Positions 1 through 12,239 of a stretch of DNA of 64,000 bases are shown here, piece after piece; the first letter of the stretch is position 1, and every line of letters starts with the position of its first letter. The translations under genes and the position numbers were made by a program. This DNA is from Botryllus schlosseri. Lineage: Eukaryota. The stretch is from positions 37,388,001-37,452,000 of the forward strand of contig CM119371.1 of assembly GCA_051294905.1 (NCBI GenBank). The letters run 5' to 3'. Under the pieces are notes generated by a model. It did not search any database and was not told the origin of the DNA. It worked only from the letters and a program-made list of their open reading frames with translations.

Positions 1-249
1 AGCTCGCTTCCGGTCCTATTGGGGAGTTTGGGGTGTGGCAGTTACGGACCAGGCAAGAATGCAAATCGTTGGGTGCAACGGATAGTCCTGCATAGAGGTG
101 GGCGATGGGTGCATTATGACGTAACAGGCAAATGACGTATGATTTATAAAGAAAGTTGTTATCTCATTAGACCTTTTCATCGCAAGCCTTATTTATATTG
201 TCTTCCAATATCTCTTCTGAAATTAGTTCTAAGAAGTAAAACGAATGTA

Positions 250-405
250 ATCGGGGGTAATCGTGATTACTTTTGAAAAGTAATCGTAATCGTAATCGAC
301 TACTTCCTGATTTGGCCGTAATCGTAATCGTAATCGTAATCGCGGGATTCACAAGTAATCGTAATCGCAATCGATTACATTCGTCAAGTAATCACCCCAT
401 GTCTG
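250..405. repeat. (GTAATC)n-rich end of a probable non-autonomous DNA transposon
   Basis: Repeated cgtaatcgtaatc motifs ending in ...gtaatcaccccatgtctg; no partner end confidently located. Confidence 0.45.
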
Positions 406-1674
406 AACCCTAATGTCAGACGATTGGATGGTACGGTTGGCGTTAAAATCAGGAATGCATTGCTATACAAACCCACACAATCCGAGTAATTGATGATTGT
501 TGTTTATGGATAAGCTTAGGCTTCATTCACTTCTTATCTATGCAGTACACAAATCACCATATCTTTCAATAACCACGTTTGGCATCCTTGTATGTCCAAG
601 TAAACACTTTCACCTTCTTGAATAATTATTACTCACATAAGATTCATGATTAACACACAGTTATATCGGGCCGGGTAGGTCAATCGAACAATATTGGAAA
701 ACTGACTGAAATAATGCCAAATTATCTTTACTATCACACATATCCTTATACATAAAGAGTAATAAGGTTCAATTAAGCTTAAATTAGGCTGCATAAGGAA
801 TATGGTAATACATACGGCTTGGTGGATTTGATTTTGCTCTGCAGAGGGTGCTTACACCTCATCTGCTCAAGCTAAACCGTAGGAGTTCGGAGTATTACAA
901 AGTTTGTAGTACAAAGGCGTTACGAACACGAACTAGGCACACTTTTCCTATGGATCAGCAAGCTTAGTGGAATCACCAATATGTCATACATAGGCCTATG
1001 CCTTTACGATCCAGACTTGGCCTGAGATCATCAGTCGAAGAACAGGAAAGCGTGTCTAAGCCTGAATTGTGAAGTTCACATTACAAACAGGCCATTGCAC
1101 TGGTCAGTACATAAACTGCCCAGTGATTTGATAATCCGATGTGATGCAAGATAAATTTCTATTGGACGTAAGACGCTAATGTGGTTACACTAATTTTATT
1201 TATAACAGCCTCTAAGTAAACAAAACTTGTTATAGATCTAATGTGCTAATTTGTTATAGCCGAAGAAACGCTAAATTCTCCTGTTAGCCAACATGAATGT
1301 GTGCCAATATTCCAATATTTTGCGTTCAAATATGCCAAATGTCAACACTGGCATCAGCTACTATTACCTACATTCCTACAAGGTCCGTATACAATATCCA
1401 TACACGGTGTATGTTTCCGAGCAAGTGAGCAACTAATATACCCATTCAACTCCTTCTTTTTTAATGCAGTGACGTAATCCTATCGCGCGGAAATATTATC
1501 TCAAACTTTGCAGTATACACGCATCGAGAGCGTTTCTCACTTGTGAACTAGAAAAGCCTAGCTACCAACAAGTTTTTAGAATTGCTTCCAAACGACAAAA
1601 GTTACGGGCTTACTGTACTTAATATCGTGTTTATTTAAATTATTCCACGTTGGAAAAAGTGAAAAACTCGGACA

Positions 1675-1815
1675 ATTTTCATTCGCACTCATCGGGATTT
1701 TTCATTCGCACCATTCGCACCACGCTTGCCGTTCGCACTCATCCGGATTTTTCATTCGCACCATTCGCACCACGCTCGTCATTCGCACCGAAATTTTTTT
1801 CATTCGCACTATTGC
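1675..1815. repeat. Short tandem array of ATTCGCAC motifs (MITE-like subterminal repeats)
   Basis: About eight copies of (c)attcgcac within 140 bp. Confidence 0.55.
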
Positions 1816-3532
1816 GAACCGTCACACAGGTTGAAAAGCACTGCCCTACTTGATCACCTCTTATCGTTACACTAACACTGTTGCCCTACCTCGCCCAGAC
1901 ATTGCTTCATTGATCATTTGCTACCATCGTTTGATTTTTCTTCTATTTTATTTTTTTAACTACTGTAACTTTTTTTACAGCCAGACTGTTTAGAGTCAAG
2001 TGTACATGTTTGATGCTGGTGTGATCAGACTAGATGACCCTCACAGTCTTATCGATCATTCCTATCTAATATCGAATACTGTGCATGCATATTTTCTGTA
2101 CCACCACCACTGCCGTGTGTTATGTATTTTGGTTTGATGAAAAATAAAGACTCTCTCTCTCTCTCTCTCTCTAGCCCAGTAAGTTTTAACCACTGGTCCC
2201 CGAGATATTTTGCAATTTTATTACAAATTTTCAAGATGCAATATGTTGAAGGCTTGTCCATTGATAAAATAAAATCAATATCAAATTTTAAATACATTGA
2301 GAACGTCGTGAAGTAACATATTAGGTCTGGGAGCATGTTCGATTTGACTTGAAGTTCAACCCATATCATTTGAGGAAATATGAGCGGCAAGTACTAATAC
2401 GAGTCGACTCACTAATCCGCGCAGTTTGCGCGATCATTCGTTCTCGATTCATTCCTTTTGTGAAGGGATGCACCATCACATAATGAAGTTTAGGCTAACA
2501 TAGGAATCCGGAAAGTGTGCGATAACCTCATCGGTGGAATAACGTTGACGGAAAAAGACTGCCCTTTATTGACCGGTAACTTCGATATATATGTATAATT
2601 GTCCATAGGCTCCATAATGGCTGGCACCTAATATCACTGTCGTGGTAATCTGTGCCCCACAGCACAAATCACAGAGCCCAGAGTAAAATTATTTGCCGGT
2701 GAAGAAATACCAATTTGGAATCGTGTGCGACCTTTCGTTTAGTACGCTTGGGTGATTTCAATATCTAGTCACAATATAACAGACATGCAGGAGGTGACGA
2801 AATATTGACATGCAATGAAGTAATTATTCCAACAGGCCCACCCGAATATGTTCAATTATTATCTAATACGTGTCCTAAATTTCTAATACGACCCCTCAAT
2901 CAACGTTACCGGAAAATCTGATAATTCTGACAGTAGGCTATACAAATTTACAGTAATATATGCAATCAACAATTTAATTGACCGATTCAGTCATGAATTG
3001 CCTATAGAAAACTATCTGCATATACTCAGTAGATTGAATGTGTTCACAAGTCCTTGAGAAAACAACCAACCAACTGTGGGGTCTGGGGGTGATGCCGTCT
3101 AGCTAGAATTTGGTTTATCGCTTTGTGGGGCCCAAGACTACCGTTTTGGGCAATTAGGCTGACGATCGGCCCTGATTTTGCTGATGGCCAGGTATAGCTG
3201 TAGTCAGGTGTCTTCGTGCGCATTGTCTTCGTAGTAGGGATCGTATATGAACCTCTGATGGGTTCAGGTTCGTGTGAACGCGAACCTTTTTGAAAGGTTC
3301 TGTGTGAACGCGATCGTGTAGCCTACCTATGACGTTACCTGACGTCAAATTGCAAATTCCAACAATACATATTTCAGTGAAGTGATATATTAATGTACAG
3401 CGACGACTGAGGCCACATTATGCCACAACGCTGAAGTACATGCTTACTTCTTAAAAGTCAGCAAATGTATCATTTGGAGCAATGAACTGATATAAATCCC
3501 CAAAAATCAATATCTTCCGTCGCTTTGCCAAC

Positions 3533-3708
3533 TGTTTCTTGCTGTTCATTTATTATGGCTTCCATGTGCCATCAACCAGAGATGATATATGAGATGAAGC
3601 GGTCAAGCACGAGTGATGCGGTCATGCACAGTTGGGTAAGGCATGACGTCATACCTTGCTACTTTACAGGGAAGCATCATCATAATACATACAATAACCC
3701 ACGTAACA
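3533..3708 (-). repeat. 3' LTR of Gypsy element
   Basis: 176-bp direct repeat of 5988-6163 (one mismatch seen); preceded on - by purine tract GAGAAGGGGA. Confidence 0.95.
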
Positions 3709-3805
3709 TCCCCTTCTCAAAACATCACAAAATAATAGAAAACGAAGCGAACCGAATTAGGATATAAATTACAGCAACGAATCAAGTTGTAACATAGTCT
3801 TGCAA

Positions 3806-5950
3806 CTATGCTGGTCGAATTACTGTACGACTTGGCCTGCTGCTACTGGAACCAGATAACGACCCATTAGTGTCGCTGTTCACTACTGTTGGTCTGGCAA
3901 TCGAAATGTCGTCAAAGTCAAATGCAACATGCGGGCGAGTTACAGTAGTTCGAATAAACTTTCTGTTGCGTCGGTAGATCGTTCCATCTGTCGCCTTAAC
4001 AATGTTCGATCGATCATTCAGTTGCTTAATCACCACCGCTTCGAGCCACAAGCCATTTTCTGTCCTTTTGAATCGAACCTGTTGATCAGGACTCAACAGG
4101 GCGAGGTCTTTTGCACCACGATTGTAATACTTTGCCTGTTTTCTTTTCCGATCCATAAGCGATGGAATGACATCAGAAACAATTTTCGGCTCAAGCAGTT
4201 TAGTTGCTATTGGCAACAAGGTCTTGGTGCGTCTTCCAAATAGCCTCTGTACTGGAGAGCCAGGAACAGTCTCGCCTGGAGTGTTCCTCCAATCTAACAG
4301 TACAATATTTATGTCTTTTTTGTCAGTTATCGCTTTACGAAGTAACGATTTGAAGATTTTCACAGCTGATTCCGCCTTTCCGTTCGATTGGCTGTGTCCT
4401 GGAGAGCTGGTCACATGTTCAAACTCATATTCCTTTGCAAATGCCTCGAAGTCATGAGCAGCATAGCATGGACCATTGTCAGTAATCAATTTCTCGCAGA
4501 TTCCATGACGTGCCATATGTGATTTTAAGCGGCGAATAACTGCTGTAGAAGTCTGTGAGGTTAGTCGATCTACCTCAAAATAATCCGAGTAGTGATCAAC
4601 TGTAATCAAATAATGTTGTCCGTCAGATTCACATAAATCGCTACTGATTATTTGCCAAGGACGTCCTGGTACCGGATGTGAAATCAGACTTTCTTTCTGT
4701 TGGTTGGGTTGGTGTAAGCCGCACGTGGGACAGCTTGATACGAAGTCCGTAATATCGTTAACCATGTTGGGCCAATACAAACATTCACGAGCCCGGCGTA
4801 CACAACCTTGAATTCCAACATGACTGGCATGAAGTCGCTTGAGAATAGTGCCTTTTATGGACGACGGTATGACAATACGATCACCCTTCAGAACGATTTG
4901 ATCCTGAAATGTCAACTCCTCTTTAAAACAGTAGAAATTTCGAATTGATTGGGGTACCAGCTTGGCTTCATTCGGCCACCCATGTTTTATAAAAGAGATT
5001 AACGTGTTCATGACAGAATCAGAGATTGTTGCTTGGCTGACCATGCCGAGCGTGGAGCTTGATACCGGTATATCATTCAACATGTCGATATGTGCAATCT
5101 GTTGAAAGATATCAAACGCATCAGCAGTTTCTGCGTCTTTGGGAGACTTTGGAATGTACGCACGACTCAACGTATCCGCCACAAATAATTGTGATCCAGG
5201 CTTGTATATCACCTCGAAGTCATACTTTTGGAGCTGAGGTAACATGCGCTGTAACCGTTTTGGTGCATTAACCAGACTTTTCTTTGTGATCACTTCCAGA
5301 GGTTTGTGATCGCTTTCTACTGTTACAAATCTGCCATAGACATATAACTCAAATTTTTCCATGGCAAAGAGAATGACAAGCAATTCTTTTTCGATTTGTG
5401 CGTAGTTGCACTCCGTTGTTGTCAACGCCCGTGAAGCATAGGCAACAGGGTGAGAGTTTTGCAATACACAGCATCCTAGCCCCTTTGAACTGGCATCACT
5501 TTGCAGTACCATAGGTGCGTTTTTGTCGAAGTATTGTAAAACTGGCGCGTTGATCAAGGTTTGTTTTATTTTCTCAAAGCATGTCCCATGTAGGATTGGA
5601 TCCCATATGAACGCGTTGTCTTTTTTTAGGAGTTCGCTGATGGGAGCGGTTATATCTGAAAGCTTAGGGGCAAAACGCTGCAGAAAATTTGTCATCGCTA
5701 AAATTCTCTGGACGCCCTGCTTATCCGTTGGAGGCGGCATTTTTATGATGCCTTCAATTTTGCTCGATGAGGGTTTTAGACCATCTTTTGAGATGGTATG
5801 GCCTAAGTAGGGCACTTCAGTCTGCAGATAGCGTAGTTTCGCTTTATTCAGTTTAATACCAGTTTGTTGACAGCGTTTCAACAGTTCAAAGAACTTTTTC
5901 TTATTGTCCATAGTCGCCTCTTCAACAGTATCGCCCACACCATAAATCAA
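3806..5950 (-). CDS. pol: Gypsy pol fragment: C-terminal RT, RNase H, H2C2 zinc finger and integrase core
   Basis: Open frame with ILIYG (post-YxDD), YLGH, QSDASSKGLG, YAQIEKELL, DHKPL, ADTLSR, LHASH...CPTC, TDNGP, SNGKAESAVK; the annotated ATG at 6004 lies in the LTR. Confidence 0.93.
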   Translation of the reverse strand: MIYGVGDTVEEATMDNKKKFFELLKRCQQTGIKLNKAKLRYLQTEVPYLGHTISKDGLKPSSSKIEGIIKMPPPTDKQGVQRILAMTNFLQRFAPKLSDITAPISELLKKDNAFIWDPILHGTCFEKIKQTLINAPVLQYFDKNAPMVLQSDASSKGLGCCVLQNSHPVAYASRALTTTECNYAQIEKELLVILFAMEKFELYVYGRFVTVESDHKPLEVITKKSLVNAPKRLQRMLPQLQKYDFEVIYKPGSQLFVADTLSRAYIPKSPKDAETADAFDIFQQIAHIDMLNDIPVSSSTLGMVSQATISDSVMNTLISFIKHGWPNEAKLVPQSIRNFYCFKEELTFQDQIVLKGDRIVIPSSIKGTILKRLHASHVGIQGCVRRARECLYWPNMVNDITDFVSSCPTCGLHQPNQQKESLISHPVPGRPWQIISSDLCESDGQHYLITVDHYSDYFEVDRLTSQTSTAVIRRLKSHMARHGICEKLITDNGPCYAAHDFEAFAKEYEFEHVTSSPGHSQSNGKAESAVKIFKSLLRKAITDKKDINIVLLDWRNTPGETVPGSPVQRLFGRRTKTLLPIATKLLEPKIVSDVIPSLMDRKRKQAKYYNRGAKDLALLSPDQQVRFKRTENGLWLEAVVIKQLNDRSNIVKATDGTIYRRNRKFIRTTVTRPHVAFDFDDISIARPTVVNSDTNGSLSGSSSSRPSRTVIRPA

Positions 5951-5953
5951 GAT

Positions 5954-5987
5954 GGAGGCGTGGGTTCGAATCCCACTTCTGACACCA
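5954..5987 (-). promoter_or_regulatory. Primer-binding site complementary to the tRNA-Leu 3' end, extended to at least 34 nt
   Basis: + strand GGAGGCGTGGGTTCGAATCCCACTTCTGACACCA: T-arm, acceptor strand and CCA of a eukaryotic tRNA-Leu, abutting the 5' LTR. Confidence 0.9.
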
Positions 5988-6163
5988 TGTTTCTTGCTGT
6001 ACATTTATTATGGCTTCCATGTGCCATCAACCAGAGATGATATATGAGATGAAGCGGTCAAGCACGAGTGATGCGGTCATGCACAGTTGGGTAAGGCATG
6101 ACGTCATACCTTGCTACTTTACAGGGAAGCATCATCATAATACATACAATAACCCACGTAACA
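5988..6163 (-). repeat. 5' LTR of Gypsy element
   Basis: 176 bp, TG...CA, flanked by the PBS inside and TSD CCAAC outside. Confidence 0.95.
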
Positions 6164-7571
6164 CCAACAACTTCTTCGAGGTCTTGCAAGGGAATACAAG
6201 CTTACGCCTTAACGACCTGTGCCAGACCTGACAATGTCTGACACGTCAGACTATTGATATATCGATATTGAGCTAAGTGTAAAACGGGATTGTATACTTC
6301 CTTCCGATGTTACTCCATTAACACGTTATACAGTAGCCAACACTCCGATCGCACAAATTTGGTTTTTATGATAAGATAAACATATAAAGTAATGATCGAT
6401 CCAATACGCCTGTTAGATTTTTCACAGTAGACAGCGATGTATTCTTTATATCAACTTCATTGATTGGTGGAATGAAAAGGTTGATTCGCTGACTACCCTA
6501 CATGTAGCGTATTTCCATCTTGATGTTTTATGACTTCGGGTCATGCTCAAAGTAGAGAGTCACTGAATATTAACAAACGGAAAGCTGGATATTTCAAGTA
6601 AACTATTGTATCAAAGAAAGTAAAATATTTGAGATTGGCAAGGTGCATGCTCGATAAGTGTTGATTTTCTTTATATTGCCAGCGTCAGGCATAGTGGCCC
6701 GAAGTTGAAAAGCAAAGAATTTCAGCCAATGATGTTATGATGTGAAAATTTGTAATATACGAAAAAGGTTCACAGTCCGTCTAAATTTCCGAGGTTCACA
6801 CACAGAAAGCGAACGTGAACCTCACGTTCTCACCATTCTAATTCAAAGTATAGCCAGAGTAACCTACGGCTGATGGTAGTGAGCAATGAGCAAGGTAGCA
6901 CGACAAGGTGCTTGGTTCGACTTTGAAACGCTTGTTCTCTCGATATTGTTAAAGAGAATATTTATTTTCGAATGAACCTGGTCGACTAATTCCACGACCT
7001 TCTTCGGGAAAGACTGTAAACGACTCTCGGCGCTAGCACGTTTATTTTGGCAGGGCAATTTTACCTCGACTCAGCAGACCCACTGCGGTATAGGCAGATG
7101 GATGCCATCATGAACTGAACATCTTTATTTACGACCAAACCCCTCAAAATGTCTCTCTCTAGCATCATATACTTGCATAAAACAGTTGCATACTTCACGT
7201 TTTGAGTTGATTTCAATTTTTGAAAATTCACCGGTGGGCTAAATATTTTTTGAAATTTTACCGGTCCGCTAGGTGAAAAAGGTTGAGAACCACTGATCTA
7301 GCTCCTGGGTTTAGATTTGGATTTGAGTTTGAATAAACCGATTTGATGACTTTGGGCGGATTTAGATCGGATATAGAATTACGGTTAGTTTCAAGAAAGA
7401 TGTGGATTTGGTCTTGAAATTTCTGTTATTTTTCAATAATAATGCGACTTCTGAACAAATTTCGGCCACTACCAGATTCAGAATTAAGTTGGGCGGATTA
7501 AAAAATTAATTATGGAACTGGATTTGGAAATAGTAAACCCGTCCATCTATGCTTACAAACAGCTCGCGCAG

Positions 7572-7669
7572 GCCTGAATTCGCCAAAGGAGACGACGACA
7601 GCGACAGCGTCAACTACAACAACTAGTACTACTGCTACTACTACTACGACCACGACAACGGAATCGCAG
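7572..7669 (+). CDS. C-type lectin gene A, Thr-rich stalk exon (upstream exons not identified)
   Basis: gcag|GC CTG AAT...TCG CAG|gtttgg; encodes LNSPKETTTATASTTTTSTTATTTTTTTTESQ; phases 1/0 match exon 4 of gene B. Confidence 0.75.
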
Positions 7670-7761
7670 GTTTGGCGAGATCCTGTTCGGTTGCAACGAT
7701 AGCTTTTTCGAAGCTCGAAAATTACGTTCACGAAATCTCTAAAAGCTGTGCGATATTTCAG

Positions 7762-7907
7762 GACTTGTTTGAGGATTGGGCAGAGTACGAAGAATGTCGC
7801 TATCAGACTGGAGAGGAGATACTTTTTTACTCCGAAGCGACCGCCGATTGTCGGGCAAAGGGGGCCGAACTCGCTCATCGGAACGTCAGGACTGCGGCTG
7901 ATCGTGG
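7762..7907 (+). CDS. C-type lectin gene A, N-terminal exon of the lectin domain (CTLD)
   Basis: tttcag|GAC...CGT GG|gtgag; DLFEDWAEYEECRY...YSEATADCRAKGAELA fits the CTLD W..CY..A...C....LA pattern. Confidence 0.82.
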
Positions 7908-8117
7908 GTGAGATCAACAGCTTGCTTTACAATACAGATATTTTGAATAGGGCAGAAAATAATGGAGTACTTGATTGATTCAGTCCTGAATCGAGCATTA
8001 GGCGTTGAGTAAAGTATTCAAGTGTTACTCATCATGACGTCATTACAGTATGAAAGATGTAGATTGTAGAAATTTCAAACTTATAGCTTTCGTGCTAGCA
8101 CAAAGTAGCATCTACAA

Positions 8118-11052
8118 CAGGGCTAGGCAATTGTTTTTTTCCGCGGGCTGAATGACAAGCAGAAAATATATTGGCGGGAAGAGTCAGAAATTTTAGCTGT
8201 ATCCTCCAGCGTATTGATTTTATTTCTAATTTGAAATCACTGAAATACACTAATTGATACTCAGTGGAAGTGTTGATATTGGGGAATGAGAAAGTGACGG
8301 TTGATTACCAAAACAATTTTCATTTGCCGTCAAATTTCGAAACAATGTTTAGCATGATACATTTTGAACTCTCTTTAAGCCCCTATCCGCGTTTTTCTAT
8401 CAATACATTTGAAATGTGTTTGGGATGGCAGAAACAGCACTTCGTCAGCCCCCTCCCCATGCCCCCAAAATCGTTGGTCTTGGGTCCTCCATATAGTTGT
8501 TAACCAAACTTCTGGGAGGGGGCGTGGCCCCCCCACACCAGACCCCAATCGGAATGCACGTTTTTAACAGTACTTCTAAGCGAGATTTCTTTTATACACT
8601 GATTGACAACGTTTCGTGCCCGAATTGCGCGAAGCGCGGAATTTTTCCATGATTCATTATTTAATCGGTCAATAAAATTGGTAATTGCATATATATTTCT
8701 GTATTTTCAACCTCTCTAAACTCACGAACTTAGTTTTACCGTTAGAGCTGATTGAGGTGTTGCCTTAGAAATATTCGGCCGGGCCCGTTGGTATGATTAC
8801 TTCGTTACGTGTTGTTACTTCGTGAACTCCCGTCTACTATGTGAAAAAAATATTGAAATCGGAAATTGGTATTTCCTCACTGCCAAATATTGCCTATCGA
8901 CAATTGGACGTGTGGTTTTCTCGATGTCGAACTTTTTCCCCTTTACTTAGTTAATTTGATCAGGAGTTTCAATTGCAGTGCCTTCTCGGCCTAAACTTGT
9001 CTTGGTGCGTCGTGGCGCGGCAATGGCTGACGCCGAAATGCCCTACTATTGATCTATAAATCGCGCACGTCGCGAGAAAAATTTGAAAGAAGTTGCATAA
9101 ATTTTCAAAAAAATACTCAATAATTTATGTTCGTTCACGATATCAATTTAGTCTCCCTTCGGGCTCGCCCCCCCCCCCCGATGGCGGGTTTTGGTGCGGA
9201 AGTTACAGTCCTGGAGATACTATAGAGCAGTGGTTCTTAACCTTTTTTACTCCAACGCCCCCTTTCAAAAATTATCGTGCTCCAGCGCTCCTAACCTCAT
9301 ATTGAAAGGAATGTAAAAAATACAATGACTAAGAGGGAGGGCCGTAACAGCACTTCGTCAACCTTCCTAAAAACGATTGCCTTGCGCGCCCATAGCGCAA
9401 TAAACCAAACTTTCGCCCCCAAGAACGCCGTAGCGTGATTTCGATGGTAGGCAAAGTTTGTGTGGCCTGGTCGCCCTAAGGTACCAAAATTTTCTATTAT
9501 GCATGAATGAATAGGTGGTAATTACATATATGAGTCGCTATAAACTTTTTATCCTCTCAGTTCACGTAATCTGATTTACCAGTAGCGCTTAGTGAGCTGT
9601 TGTATGGGTAAATAAAGGGCACGTAATTATTAATTAAATATATTCGGGCGTTCCCGTAGGTACAATTAATTCGTTACCAGGGCCATAACAGCACTTCGTC
9701 AGCCCCCTCAAAAAAAAACGTTGGTCTTGGGCCACCCTTCGGTTGATAAGATATACTTCCGGGGGGCTTCGCCACCAGACCCTCCTTCGGCTATCTGCTA
9801 TTTGCTGATACTAGTCATCTACATTGGGTGTCCGTTTACTGAGCCAGCTATTCTCGCCTAGACGCGCCAAGCGCGAAAAATTTCAGAAATTAATGATTGA
9901 ATTTGTCAATACGATCGGGAATTGCATGTATATTGATATCAATTTTTATCCTCTCTCTGCTCACGTAAACAGATTTACCGGTAGAGCTGAATGATTTTCC
10001 CTTTAAGCTGCGCACCTGCGCAGTGCTGACACGGTCTCTGCGCACACAAAATCTACGTTGCGCACAACAAATCCGAAGTTATGACCTTTTTTTAGTCGTT
10101 ACGCACTGTTGTCCAAGGGTCTGCGCAGTGGGTTGCTGAGTGTGCGCAGACTCGTCAAACGTAGAGCGAACATTGTGAGGTGTCTTCGAAACTGTAGGGC
10201 CCGTAACTAATAATTAAACACATTCGGGCGGGCGAACCCGTTGGTATGACTTCGTTGCATGATGTTATTTCGTGATCTCCTGTCTGCTATATCAAAAAAT
10301 ATAGAATCGCCTAACAGGGATGTCGCCCAACAGGAATATCTAGCTTTAGATATCCCTGTCGCCCAATCGTACTAAACTAAAAGACGCACACGATTTCAAA
10401 TTGGTATTTCTTCACTGGCATGTAATTTTTCCCTGCCAGATGAATTCGTCTTCTGGGGTTCAGATTGCTAAGACAGGAACATTCGGTGCCAGTCATTTAG
10501 GCGCCCATGGACAATTAAACCGATATGTCGAAGTTTTCGGTGTTAATTTGCTCTGAATACTAATTAGGGATATGTCCTACCACCACATCATCTACTGCGA
10601 AGCCATTTTTCTCCAGCGCCCTCCATACCGCTCCCTGAGCCCAGTCCCCCCATATCACCCCCTGAGCGTTTCCGCCCCCTTCAAAATCGCCAGCGCCCCT
10701 TGGGGGTGCTGGAGGCAAGGTCAAGAACCACTGCTATCGAGCTTATTGTCTTGGTCGATAGCTTCCGAGCGGTGTGTAGCTTGGCGAAATGGCCTGTGTT
10801 GATGATGTTGAGCCAAGTTTGCGGTTCTACCCAAATTCGCCGTCCCTTGACCAAGTGTATGTCTTCGTGTTTATGTAATAGAACCGACTTAGATGATACT
10901 CCTTAATCATATTCGTGGCATGTTAATGAACAGGCATGATAGTAAACGAATTTGCGGTCCTATGGTTTTAGTCCACGCAGCAACACTAAAAAGTAGGTTT
11001 TATATTTTGAAATTCAAGCAACCTCTCGAGGGCCGCACTTTGCCCAGGCCTG
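8118..11052. mobile_element. Nested cluster of hAT-like non-autonomous elements in an intron of lectin A
   Basis: Outer ends CAGGGCTAGGCAA/TTGCCCAGGCCTG with degenerate TSD atctacaa/ctccacaa; contains repeats also seen at 25550-26567. Confidence 0.55.
9228..10733. mobile_element. hAT (Charlie/Buster-like) non-autonomous element with nested inserts
   Basis: TIRs CAGTGGTTCTTAACC/GGTCAAGAACCACTG; 8-bp TSD CTATAGAG/CTATCGAG. Confidence 0.8.
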
Positions 11053-11484
11053 CTCCACAATCTACATAATGCAGGTTCTACATCACATCGCAATAAACGT
11101 AATTGGATATTTTGTCAACCATGTCTATTACATTACCCTTAGTGATAATATTGTTGGTTGATCACAGTGTCACATATATTGTCGCGGTGGAATCAGATAT
11201 TTTGATCCCTTTTACTTATAGTAAATCAGGTTTTCGTGAAATTTTCATTTTTATTGGCCGTATTTATATTTATCAAATTGTTTCAAAGTTAATCATGGCC
11301 AAGATATATGCTACTTTGATTCCACAGCGACGATATGTCTTTTTCACTGACGGTCGTAGCAGTAATACATCTTTCGTATGCTGCAATACGACCAATCGAG
11401 ATTTCAAGGCATCCACTGTGGAAAATGCTATCGAAACCAGGATTTCCGAGGATGAATTAACTCACTGCGGTAGGAGCTTGTATT

Positions 11485-12062
11485 CAGGGCTGTAATCAAG
11501 TCAAAAAGATGTTACTCACAAGTCAATCTCACTTTAATAGTTTTGGCTCGATTCAAGTCGAGTCATTGCAATTCACCACCGTGTCAAGTCCGAGTCGAAG
11601 TGAACGAGCAGAGGGTCGAGTCCAAGTCACGGTATCATGACTCGAGTCCGAGTCCAAGTCATTGTGTTGACTGCTCAGTTTCCTGTTAAAGTCTTGTAAA
11701 ATCCACATTCTATATAGCTCTGTGTGGTGATTGGAATGGTTCGCATTTATATTAAACCAATTTTACTCACTTTTTGCAGTTTCTGGTCGCATTTCAATTA
11801 TCAGTACCAATATACGAGATCTCAATAGTGTGGTCATATTACTATTCTTCGAAATTATAGTAAAATGTCGGTTTTGACTGTCTTAATCTCAAGTCATATG
11901 ACTTGGTTCGAGTCATGACTCGAGTCCAAGTCGAGTCAATACACAGATAGACTCGAGTAAAGTCGAGTCATTTTCATATTTTGATAAGATGACTCGAGTC
12001 AAGTCGAGTCATCAGAAAATCGTGACTCGAGTCGAGTCATGACTCGAGTCATTACAACCCTG
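11485..12062. mobile_element. hAT-like MITE with GACTCGAGTC subterminal repeats
   Basis: TIRs CAGGGCTGTAAT/ATTACAACCCTG; TSD cttgtatt/gttgcatt (6/8). Confidence 0.75.
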
Positions 12063-12239
12063 GTTGCATTTCAGCAATCGAAAGGGTCATCTCGCGCAAC
12101 TCGACTTAAATAAGGAGAAATATTCCTTGATTCAGATTCGAGTACTCGAATCATTGCGTATGCCAAGCCCTAGTTTCAAACTATAGATTACGAACTTAAA
12201 TAGGTTGGTAATCTATATTTGAACCGTTTTCAATTGCAG

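Larger units (their letters stand above)
3533..6163 (-). mobile_element. Ty3/Gypsy LTR retrotransposon, internally deleted (gag, PR and 5' RT missing)
   Basis: Two 176-bp LTRs (3533-3708, 5988-6163) with TG...CA ends; 5-bp TSD CCAAC (3528-3532, 6164-6168); polypurine tract (PPT) at 3709-3718; tRNA-Leu PBS next to the 5' LTR; RT-RNaseH-IN domain order. Confidence 0.96.
3235..6840. mobile_element. Non-autonomous hAT-like element (~960-bp family), split by the Gypsy insertion
   Basis: Ends TAGGGATCG.../...CACCATTCTA; reverse complement of the intact copy at 14736-15693, which has a single CCAAC at the site where the LTR element sits here. Confidence 0.8.

Noticed and set aside
5954..5987. tRNA-Leu gene
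   Set aside because: Only the 3' part is present, it includes encoded CCA, and it abuts an LTR, so it is a reverse-transcribed primer copy
1..7100. 5' exons of lectin gene A (candidates near 1-55 and 7033-7095)
   Set aside because: No candidate has a convincing signal peptide, splice sites and phase; left unassigned
7510..7917. 135-aa minus-strand ORF with poly-Val
   Set aside because: Antisense shadow of the Thr-rich lectin exon
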